Shown here: positions 44,308-57,718 of the stretch, in pieces | How the letters are laid out: each line of letters starts with the position of its first letter | Numbering within the stretch: the stretch's first letter is position 1 | Source: the human T2T-CHM13v2.0 reference genome, Homo sapiens | Length of the DNA stretch: 64,000 bases | Direction: 5' to 3' (one strand) | Assembly: GCF_009914755.1 (NCBI RefSeq) | Contig: NC_060940.1 | Made by a program: the position numbers and the translations under genes | Notes under the pieces: generated by a model | Told to the model about the DNA's origin: nothing | The model's input: the letters and a program-made list of their open reading frames with translations, nothing else | Databases searched by the model: none

Positions 44308-44938
44308 TTATAATGGTGTTGTATTTTACACTATCTGGAATCACTTTATTACAAATTCAACCAGAAGATCATTAAGTGAATTGTTCGTATTAAAACTCTC
44401 AAATAGGTAAAGGTTTTGTATGTTATGAATACAATATATCTTTAAAAAGAACTTAGTTTACTGTGGAGTCATTTACCTCAAATGGTAAAACTTAAAAAAA
44501 TCATTGATTTCCCACACTAGTCATTATTTTCTGAGTGGAGTAATTATCCGAACAGTCTTTGAAAAGCTTTTTAAACAATCAGAGAAAAGGTGTTTAATGT
44601 CCATAATACAAAAGTAAAATGTGAAATCTATTAGTGTCAGGATAATTGCTATTTTCATCAAGAAAACTGTTAATAGCTCAATCAACAATGCCTACTCTAT
44701 GATGATGTTGGGAACATGTAAACATTTGAACTTGTTTACCATCTTTAAAGGAGAGATTAGTGTTTGTGATTTACATTCTGCATGAATTAAGAGGGACTTT
44801 AAAAATCTTCCCTTGATAGAGATAAGGTTCTAAAATTAACAAGTAAGGTGGAACTGAGTATAACAAAAAGTGCCATTGAAAGTCCATCAAATCATTAATG
44901 AGATAGAGTGTGGTATACAGCAGAAGCATCCTCTGGCA

Positions 44939-45382
44939 TGGAAATGTCAGAGAGAAGCCCTCTAAAATAAAATGATATTTATTCAGCGCATTGCCATGAG
45001 AATACACATGCCACAGTAAACTAGGTGTGTATTCAAGGAGGTAAAGGAAGGCAAAGATTTTTAAAGGAAAACTGCAGGAGAACTATGTAATTGTTTTGAG
45101 ATAATCATCCTTGGCTACAAGGGTCAATAACGAGGGTGATACTGGTCTGAGATTCGACAGACAGTTGCTGGGCAGACGTCCTCACAGAAGTATTTTTTGT
45201 GTAAGGCTGCAATGGCGTTTGTGCAAGATTGCAGATTTTGTGGGGTCTTTTGTCCCAGTTTTGTTGTCAGGAATACAAGCGTGAGAACCCTCTCTTCATA
45301 GCCTTCCCTGCCCTATTCGTCAGGATTTTTGTTTGTTTTTTTAAACACAAACGACTCCATTTTGATTCTTACAACTTTCACA
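44939..45382 (-). mobile_element. ERV1 solo LTR (MER65-like)
   Basis: Minus strand starts TGTGAAAGTTGTAAGAATCAAAATGGAGTC. Confidence 0.72.
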
Positions 45383-45822
45383 AGAACAAATGTTTATTCA
45401 ATTGAGGACCAATTGAAGTAGTTGGCTTGTGTTTAGGGGTCAATTACATGAAAAAACCCATGTTTTCAGGCACGAGATCACTCCAGGTCAGCTGAGGTGC
45501 TCACACTCTGAGAGGCATGTGGAAACAGAGACTGAATCAATTGTAGATTTGTGTGTCCCATTTCAAACTCATTCTCATGTTGCAGAATGCAGAGGGTGAC
45601 TCTTACTATGTATATTGTTATGATTATCATTGCTGTGTCTCATTTTATTTCTTCCTTTGGTTCAGTTAAATATCGGTTTGTTGAAATTCCACTAACACAG
45701 ATTTTATAAGAATTTTACTTTGAGAATAGGTAAGAAGGCACAGGTAGGCCAGTGAGTTTCTAGTAAAACACAGCTAGTGCTGAAGGGCCACTAAATAATG
45801 AGTTCAATAAATGCAAATGCTG

Positions 45823-46125
45823 TTTTAATTTTTATTTTGAGATGGAATCTCACTCTACTGCCCAGGCTGGAGTTCAGTTGCACCATCATAACTCACTGCA
45901 GCCTAGCACTCTTGTGCTAAAGTGATCCTCCCACTTCAGCCTCCCGAATAGCTGGGACTGCAGGCATGCACCACCACACTCTGCTATTAAAAAAAATTTT
46001 CTTTGGTAGAGATGGGGTCTCACTATGTTGTCCAGGCTGGTTTTAAACTCCTGGCCTCAGGCAATGTTTCTGCTTCAGCCTCCCAAAGTGCTGGAATTGT
46101 AGGCATGAGCCAACACAACCGGCTA
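45823..46125 (-). mobile_element. AluJ
   Basis: Diverged Alu consensus. Confidence 0.9.
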
Positions 46126-46556
46126 GATGCTTTTGTAAAAGGACCAAAATATGACTGTTTTATAGCAGCAATTACATTGCAATTACTATTGACTTTTAAA
46201 GACTTGGTTTGATTCTGTTAATCCCTTCAAGCATGTTCCTGAAAGTTTGGGTATTTCAAAGTGGGCTGTAAACAAAAAGAAACTGAAAAATCTCTGCTTT
46301 AGATTTATTTTAATTAATTTAAAATTATCTAAATTAATCTGCAATTTTTCCCCCTGATTAAATTGTCTTCCTCACTCAGGAAGAATAGATAATAGAAACA
46401 GAGTACCAGTAATAAAGTTATCTGTGGGTTGTGGAGAGAGTATTGGTGCTTGCAGTACATTTGGAAAGAGGCACAATTGGAGAAAAAAAAAATGCTAGAG
46501 GAAATGTAAGAGTTACTGAAGTCATTTAGATTAGAGAAGAACTCCCTGTAAGTTTA

Positions 46557-47989
<1,433 letters not shown>

Positions 47990-48503
47990 CTATTCTTCTA
48001 CTTTCTTTCCTAATACCATTTATTAGTCATAGCATTGTTAAGTTTTTTTGGGTATTTTTAAGCTGAAATATTGTTCCACAAGCTTTGGGAGAGAACTGAC
48101 ATTGGCTCTGAAGGATGTGTTCACATGTGGTTAGTTAGGGAAGGGCAATGGGAGGAGAGATATTTCTTTGGGGTCTTCTCCAGCCACTTAGGAAAGTGAC
48201 ACATGACTAGTCAATCTTGAAATCCAATGACCAAGAGTCACTGGATAAATTTGGTAAAGCTTATCCATCTCAGAAGTATTTAAAGACTCTGTAAGATAAT
48301 TCTCTCACTTTTGAGAGAGATAAGCCATTACATCTAAGAGTGCTCACAGATAGAATCTTTTGAGGAAAGAGTGATGGGACCGTGGGGTCTAACTCTGTGC
48401 TAGATTCACTTTCCCTTTTGGGGGGTTCCCACTTCAAGGTTGTTTTGGCTTTGGTTGGGGATACCCTCTTATTTAGTATTTCAATTCAACCAGTACAAGA
48501 TGG

Positions 48504-48891
<388 letters not shown>

Positions 48892-49839
48892 TAAAAGTAA
48901 AGTTGACTCATCAGTAGGGTTTCAAGAAAAACAGCCAGTTTTCTTTCAGCCCCACCTTTGTCTTATCCTCCCTAGGAAAACTAAAATAAGCAGATCCCTC
49001 TCTCCTACTTTCCAAGGCTCATTTCCCTTTCCCTGTTTGATGACCTGCCTTTTCTCTTTATGACAGATACTATGATGACCTCATTCTCTGGGAAAGACCC
49101 TGTACTTTCCCTCATGGAGATGGCCTTTCCCTTGCAGACCTGGCTGGGGCAGCCATGTCAGAGCATATCACCATGCCCCAGACAATCAAATACACTAAGA
49201 GGCACACACATTTAGCAACAGGGGGTCATTTCCTTACAGCGTCTTAGAAATCAGATATTTACAAGATTAATTTACAATAACAAGAAGCCCTTGTCTGCAA
49301 CTGCAGAATATTTGTGGCCTCTCTCAGAGCCTGGGAGACACACTTGACATAGTGAGGACAGGTCACCTGTATCAACCCTCCCCCAGAATTAGGTTGCTAT
49401 TAGTTGACTCCAGGGATATCACTTACCTCTATCTGATGAGATGAGCAAGTGGCCTTTATGCAGCTGCCATCACATCACCCTGAAGGCTGAAGTTTAGCTC
49501 CAGAGACTAGCAGTGGATGAAAATGGAGAGAGAGAACTAAGGTAAAATAGGGAGCCACATTTCATGGTATTGAAATTGAATATGGAGTGACTGATGATCT
49601 GCCTTCTTTCTTCCAAATTCTTGATGTTCTGTCTTTTTCAGGGACTCTCACTGGATGACTGAAATAAGTGATATGCTTTCTCTACTTTGGAAAAGAGGGA
49701 CAGCTGGGAGCATGACATTGCTAAGCTCTTTCTTTCTGGGAGTGGCCTTGTCATCTCAAAGTAGATGCAGTTTCTCAGAGAAGTCCCAGAAGAGGCAAAG
49801 TTCTTCTTGTCCCTACTAGAGAGAACTAAATAATAAGAG

Positions 49840-50060
49840 AGTTTATTAATAATGTTTCAGATACTTAAAGTTATTATAAATAATTCCCACCACCCCGTTT
49901 TGAAGTCGGTACTATTGTTATCTCCATTTTACAGATGATGCAATAGTAGTAGCTCAGAGACTGGAAGTGACTTGTCCAACATCACTCAGGTGAAAAGTGG
50001 TGGCATCAGGATTTGAACTCAGACCTGCATGACCCACATCCTTTTCACATCAGGAGCCTG
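49840..50060. mobile_element. MIR
   Basis: ATCTCCATTTTACAGATG core. Confidence 0.7.
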
Positions 50061-51224
50061 GTTTCAGGAGCTGCAATGCTTTGAATGTGTAACTACTTTG
50101 ATTTTGGCACCAATTTTTTCACTTTTAGAAGTGCTATTTGGTGTCCGTATTGAGTCAATTACAATTATTATTATTATTTTTTATTTCAGAGCCTTTAGAG
50201 AACTGTGTGACAGCTGGGGGAGATGGGTAGGGTGGGACTGAAAATCTCTGACCCTGAAGATAGGAATAGGCTTTTACAGGCACCCAACACCCCTGCTTTA
50301 AGGACAGTGAGGTGCTGAGAGGACCAGGAGGATCTTTTCTTGCCTTGCTTCTTTAAGTATTTTAGTTGTACAGCACACCTGACTGTTTGCCTCCATGCGG
50401 GTTATGGAATTCCCTGAGCCACTTTTATAAATTCCCTAGGTCATGAAGAGGTGAATGTAGAAAGAGAACCATATTCTCTTTCTAGTAGTTCTACATTAGC
50501 CCATTACTTAGGAATTCTTGTTCTTAATCTTTCAGAAGCATTTGGAAGGTAACTTCTCTCAACTTTCCTCTTTTACTGTACTCCCAATGGAGAATGAAGG
50601 TCTTGACTGATTTGTAGAATCGGGAGAAGGTACACAATATATGTGAATAAACCTCCCTCCCTCCCTCCCTATTTCTCAGGCCAGCCTGACCCTAGGAGGC
50701 AGGAATTCTTCCTATGCTCCCGTCTTCCCTGTAGGACCCCCTAACTGGGTTGTGGTCCATGCCTGGCTTCCAAAGGAAGGTCTAGAGGCCCATCTCTAAC
50801 TGTCTTCACCAACAAGGCTTGATTTGGAGACAGAAAATCTGCTTGCAACAGTCTGCATAACTGTTTTCTGTGCAGTCCCAGACTATCTCATGGGTGTCTG
50901 GCTGAAGACTGAAACTCACTGGGTGGGAAATCTGTTGGCCCTGGGTCCGGCTGAAGTTCTCCAATCCACCCTTACAGTAATAGAGCTTAAAATTGATATC
51001 TACCAACCAATTTCTTCATTTTATTTCTCAACTTGTTCCAAAGCCAGAGTGGGGGATAGATGGGTGGGATTTATCAGCCCCCTGAGACCTCAACAGTGAG
51101 ATGTGCACACACTGTGGACTCTCAAGCAATTGTGAAGAGTCTGAATTTGTGAAATGGCCAAATGACGATTATCTGGGAGAGCTGTATGGTATTTTCCCAG
51201 TTAACCAAGTGTTACTAAGTAGCC

Positions 51225-52030
51225 AAGTGGTTCTCAATCCTGGCTGCATGTCAGAATTACCTGGGAATGTTTTTAAAAATTCTGATGACTTGGGCTCATT
51301 GCTGGAGGTTCTGACTTACTTCTTCTGGGAATAGTGTTTGAATATAGGTTTTAATAAAAACTCCAGGTGAGTCTAAAGTGCAGATAAGAGCTGCTGAAGC
51401 CTCCTTATTTAACAGATCAGTGTTTCCCAAAGTATAATGCTTGTAACACTCAGTGTGTGAGTCGGCTTAGATAGCACAAAGTTTGACTTTGAAAACACTA
51501 AAACATATTGTGAAAAAGTTTACCTTTCTAATTTTCTATTAGTTCTTCTGATTAGATTAAAAAGAATGTCTCAGTATGGCAGTAGTAGACGCCTAACACC
51601 TATCTTTTAAAAGAGTGTAGATATCAAGCTCACACAATAGTATGTATTGAAAATTATTGATAGTCTTTAATCTTTTTTTTACAATTTCTATCTATTTATG
51701 GTAGGTGATACTGGCTTTTCGTTTATGGTGGGGATATGAAGTTTTCTTTAAAAAATCAGTGGCTCTCCATCTTGGCTTCACATTGAAATCATTTTAGGAG
51801 CTTTAAAAAATAATGATACCTGGATTTCATCTTAGGCATTAGGATTTTCAAAAGCTCCCCAAAGGTGTAAAACTGCAGTTTTAAAGTGCATCAGTTTAGT
51901 GCTCCTCAAACTTTAATATGAATTACCTGGAGATCTTATTAAAATTCAGATTCTGGTTCAGCAGGCTGGGGTGGGCACAGTGATTCTACATTTCTTGCAA
52001 GCTCCCAGGTGATGCTGATGCTGCTGATAG
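51225..52030. mobile_element. Cluster of MER5/Charlie-type hAT relics
   Basis: Several (C)AGTGGTTCTCAA-like termini and CTCCCAGGTGAT motifs. Confidence 0.65.
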
Positions 52031-52891
52031 GTGGGCCATGATTTGAGGAGCAAGGCCCTCGTGGAACTTGCTTCTGTACTTTAAATATTTTCATAAAGTA
52101 AACAATGCTGTCTCAATTTATTTTTTATGGGAGGATTGCAAATCTTCTTAAAATGGGTATTAGTCTTCTTGTTCAAAAGTCATGGCCAAATAGTTTCAGC
52201 ACCTTGGACAGAAGCACAGGCAATTATTTTAAAGGGCTAGTGCCTAAGCTGGAGAAGGAAAAAGAGTTAAAAATCTCTTGTGTATTAAAGCATTTGTAAA
52301 ATAATGATGTTGAAAATATTATTGAAGATTGTGAAAGAAAGTTTAAAAATAATTATGCCTCTTTTTAAATGCCTACCCTGCTGGTAGACCCTGTATTGTT
52401 TTATCTGCCATCTTGTAGGGCTAATGCTCTGCCAGATATCATCAGACACATTAGTTGGGTTATGAAACAGAACCATACAGTATTATGCACTGATGATTTC
52501 TGACTCCTCATTAATTGAACTAGAAGATGGCTTTAGCCTAAATATCAACCTTGGATGATGAAAAGGCTAATGGGACCAAACTGCAAATTCAGGAGAGAGA
52601 GTGTGGAATGTCAACAACAGCATGTCAAAGTGGCCTGAAGTGAAGTGGCTCTTGGAGTCAGACAGAACTGAACTTGAATGCCAACTCATGAATTACTCAC
52701 TGTGACCTTGAGTATGTTTAATTTAATCCCCATGAGATTCAGTGTTCTCCTCTGGATAATGGAGGTCACAACACGGTCTTTCAAGAATTGTGAAGATTAA
52801 GTGACATAAGAAGATCACATCAGTTTCTTACTTCAAACTTTTCAATGGCTTCCCACCAAATTCCTTTTTAGGGACCACAAAGCTCTACATG

Positions 52892-53255
52892 TGATATGGT
52901 TTGGCTCTGTGTCCCCACTCAAATCTCATCTTGTAGCTCCCATAATTCTCATGTGTTGTGGGAGGGACCCAGTGGGAGACAATTGAATTATGGGGGCAGA
53001 TCTGTCCCATGCTGTTGTCATGATAGTGAATGGGTCCCATGAGATGGTTTTAAAAACGGGAATTGACCTGCACAAGCTCTCTTTTTGCCTGCCACCATCC
53101 ATGTAAGATGTGACTTGCTCCTCCTTGCCTTCTGCCATGATTGTGAGACTTTCCCATCTATGTGGAACTGTGAGTTCTCCATTAAACTTCTTTCCTTTGT
53201 AAATTGCCCAGTCTCAGGTATGTCTTTATCGGCAGCATGAAAACTGACTAACACA
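52892..53255 (+). mobile_element. THE1B-like solo LTR inserted in L2 (~52815-53735)
   Basis: TSD ACATG. Confidence 0.93.
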
Positions 53256-53859
53256 ACATGATTCAGCTCCTCCCTGTCCCTTCCTTCTTTTGTTCCATAC
53301 CACTCTACCCCTGGATCACTAGGTTTCAGCAATATTAATCTTCTAATTGTTCCATGAGCACCCAAGGTTATTCCAATCTCAAGGCTTTTGTACTCTCTGA
53401 CCCCTTTGCCTAGCATGCTCTTTTTATGACTGTCTGCTTTTAATGTGGATTTCAGTTCTGTTGTCACCTTCTCAAATAGACCTTCTTTGACTCATTTATC
53501 TATCTAGTGTTATTTCTGCCTGACCTTAGTCACTTACAATTATTTATTTCCAGCACTTATCACTACTTGAAATTATTTTATTTGCTTTCTTATGTACTGT
53601 CTTTCTCATTACAGTGTATGTGCCAAAAGGTCAGGGGTCTTATCTATCTTGTTCATTAATGAATCACTATGCCTAGAATACATCTTGACACATAGTGTAT
53701 TTCAATAAGTATTAGTCAAATAAATAAATGACTAGAGAAGTGCCTGGGACTTGTTAAATGAGTGCCTACTCTCTTGACTCTTTCCATCTCCATCTCTAAA
53801 GGTGTTCAAGGTGACAGCCTGGTCATTGGAGATGCTAAGGAATAATATAAGAAACTTCT

Positions 53860-54190
<331 letters not shown>

Positions 54191-56709
54191 GAATATAAGA
54201 AATTTCTAACCATGAAGATTTCTAACCATGAAAGTTTAAAGCAAGCTTGCAGAAGTATATAATCTTTCTACATTTCTGGGAACTGTACAGAAAGGTAATT
54301 GGAAAGAGGATCTACTAACATCTAGGTTGTGTAGCTTTGGATGAGGGGCTCTCTTGGGCCTTAGCTTTCTTTTTTGACCTTTGAGTGAAACAGTCTCTAA
54401 GATCCTCTGTGACTTTCCAATGGTTCAGTGATAGTAAAAGAAGAATCTAACCTTTGTGGTTATTCTGCGTTTGCTTCCTGTCTCACTTTAGTCTTGATCT
54501 ATTCTTTACTGCCTTATGCCCTGGGGTCTTCCCACTGTGGACTGCACCACCTGCTCTCCTTTTCTGGCTGGCTTCTGTTTGAACTTGGCCAGTGGGTGAC
54601 ATCAGCATGATATCAGAGGTAAGGAAGAAAGAGGCATTCCTTCTGCTCTGGCATCATATCTCTGACTGTGATGTGGCCCCTTCTTGGTGGAAGGCCCCTC
54701 CTCCAAGGCTCTAGACCTCACTGAGGTCTACTAGGCTCTAGACCTCACTGAGGTCCACTAACATCCTTTCCTCTCATTGCTTCATTAGGAGAGGTAAAGC
54801 TTCCTGTTATCTCTAGTTCCAAGGTACCTCAACAGCTAATGGAAAGCTTCCTCACAGGAAGCTTCACCTCTCATAAGTTCCCCTAATCTTGCTCAAGCCA
54901 TTGTTAGCAGTTTTTTGGTTAAAGTCATTTCATGAAACCATCTGATTGAGATTTGTTTCCCTGTAAGACTCTGATCGACAACCCATTTTGAAATATATCC
55001 AGAAAAGCAGATTCTAAGAACTCCCACTGAAAATCATTTGTGGTGTTAATAGACATTTCTGTAATGATTTCTTCTTTGGGTTTAATCTGGAACTCTCATA
55101 CTGCAGTTGAAGTCTCACATCGTCTTGTTCCATCTCCAGTGGAGAGAAATGTCATGTTACTGCCATTCTCTCGGTAACAAAGCTCCAAAGACATGGCAAC
55201 TCCTCATGCAGAGTTGATGAGAAGACATCTTTCTTCCCTGTGGCCTTATTTACTCCTTCTAAATCAGAACATTCCCCCCATCTGCTTTTTTTTTTTTTTT
55301 TGGCATGACAGTGACACATTCTGCCAATAAGCCCAGGAAATTCACAGTATCTATTTATCCCAGTAGACATGAGCCTCTTATCCCCCTTGTTGTGTCTGGC
55401 AAGTACTTGGGATTAATTGCACACTCTCCAAAGAGGCCGGACTATCACATTTAGCTGAGTGCACTAATAAAAGGATTATTATTTAATGGTTCAACCTCCT
55501 TCAACTCTCCTTTGTCCTGCCTCCCTGAATTGGAGAACAAAATTAATGAGGCTGCTGTGGCCATGCCCAAGAGCTTCTGTTTGCCACCCTTTCAGCAAAT
55601 TCTTTGCTTTTCTGCACTTCCCCCTCAACTCCTAAGTCACTTTTATTCTCCAAGTTGATGCAAAGATGGATTGTGACAATAGTTTGTGGGTGGCTGTCAG
55701 AATTGATGGTGGTTTGTGTGGGAAAATGCATAGCAAGTTTGAGAGCTATGGTTAGGATTCCACATAGAGTCAATTAAAAAAAGTTCTACTCACAAGGAAA
55801 GGTCAAGCTGAGAGTTTTAATTATGAGGCTGTTATAATATATATCATGCCTGAATGATCTGGGTTTGAAGAGTTGCAAAATTATTCAATGCACCCAACTC
55901 TAAAATGGGCATAAAAACAATGTGATGTTTTGGGGGAATGACTTAGAATTTTGCAAAGAAGATAATGAGGTGAAGTGAAAAGGATGGAGTGTTGAGTGAC
56001 CTGGGTTCCATTCAGGCCCAGATCATTGACCTCTTTGGGCCTAGCATCCTCACCTATAAAATGATGTACAATTGGAGGCTTTTTAAAAAACTCTGCTACT
56101 AATAATCACTTTATAAGTTACCTACTGGAATTATAATTAGCTCCATTTTATGGAGAGAAAATTGAGACTCAGAGAGAGAGAGATTGAGAACATTGCTCAA
56201 GTTCACATAGCCAGGAAAGTTATAGCCTGTAATAACTGACTCCAAATCTTGGGTTCCTGACTATAAGAGTTTCTACATACCTTGAAGACAACTGGAAAAA
56301 ATTTAAATTATGCACCGTTTTCTAGATGAGGAAAGTCCTTAGGAAATCTCCAAGGACTTGCTCAAGGCCATTCATCTAGTAAATGGGGGAGCTGGGACAT
56401 GAACTCGTGACTGTCTGACATCAAAGCCCAAGCTCTTAGACATGATGCTGGATTTCCAGTTATGATTATTAAAAAATCATCCTTCACTGTCTCAAAGATG
56501 TACAGAGGATGTGATCAGCAGAGAATTCAGATTTATACCCAGTAAACTACCTAAATGAGGATTGTAGGGAGCACAGTTCAGTGGTCTTAAATTCTGAACT
56601 ATATCTGCTAACCAGGAGACAGATGGAACTCTGGTTTTATTCTAGCACCCAGCACAATGTATAAGAAAGATGTCCACTTAAATGTTAAATGTTTAAACCA
56701 GGATTCTGC

Positions 56710-57150
56710 AATTTGGAAGATATCATGCTTAGTGAAATGAGCCAGGCACAGAAAGACAAATACTATATGATTTCACTTATATGTGGAATCCAAAAGAGTC
56801 AAACTCATAGAAGTAGAGAGTAAAATGATGGTTACCAGAGGCTGGAAGTAGGTGAGAAGCAGGGAATGGGAGATGTTTGTCAAAGGGCACAAAGTTTGTT
56901 AGATGGAAGAAATAAATTTTGAGATCTATTGCATAGCAGGGTGAGTGGAGTCGGTAACAATGTATGTTTCAAAATAACAGATAATAAATTTCAAATTTCT
57001 CACCACAAAAAAATGATAAGTGAAGTGACAGATGTGTTAATTTAGCTTGATTTAATTATTCCACATTGTATACATATATCAAAACATCACATTGTATCCC
57101 ATAAATGTATACAATTATGATTTATCAATTAAAAATAATAGTAATAAAAA
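56710..57150 (+). mobile_element. L1MA 3' end
   Basis: AGTGAAATGAGCCAGGCACAGAAAGACAAA..GGTTACCAGAGGCTGG. Confidence 0.88.
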
Positions 57151-57216
57151 TCAGCATACTGCAATTGCTTGAACATAGATGCAAATACCAAACACCAAGT
57201 GTGCACCATATTAGAA

Positions 57217-57222
57217 TTTATT
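57217..57222 (-). terminator. Candidate distal poly(A) signal
   Basis: AATAAA with upstream UGUA and downstream GU-rich TTGGTGTTTGGTATTTG on the minus strand. Confidence 0.5.
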
Positions 57223-57712
57223 ATAATACAAACAAGTCCAAACACAATATATAATCTAATTAAGAAAATATGAACATTTGCTTTTTTTCTATGGTAACTT
57301 TCTATTCCATTCTCTGAACTGGAATAGCCAACATTAGAGTCTTTTATTCACTTCGGGTAGGCTCCCCATGTTGAACCAGGAGGTACCAAATGTGCAAAGT
57401 GATCTTTTCCAATAGCAGGGTGTTTGCAACACACAAGTTCATGCCCACTCCGGTCTGTCTTTTATGGTTTGTCTGTCATTCCCCTCATTTCCTTCCCCAT
57501 GAGACATTTCAGCTGTCAAGTTGTTCAATAAAAAGACACAGCATGGTGGTGCGTATCATCATTGCAATGTCCAACCAAGGACACAAATCATATAGCAAGA
57601 GAGAAGCTAGTTAACTGTCTTTGAAAGAGGCACCACAAAAACCCACGATAAGGCAATTGCTTTAGTGCCACCAGCAGCAGCCATTTACATGACAGGCTTC
57701 AAAGTTCAAGGC

Positions 57713-57718
57713 TTTATT
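57713..57718 (-). terminator. Candidate poly(A) signal
   Basis: AATAAA on the minus strand with upstream U-rich tract and UGUA. Confidence 0.45.

Noticed and set aside
54202-54232. Short direct duplications (ATTTCTAACCATGAA x2; also CAGTGCCTC x2 near 21218)
   Set aside because: Ordinary slippage events with no functional hint
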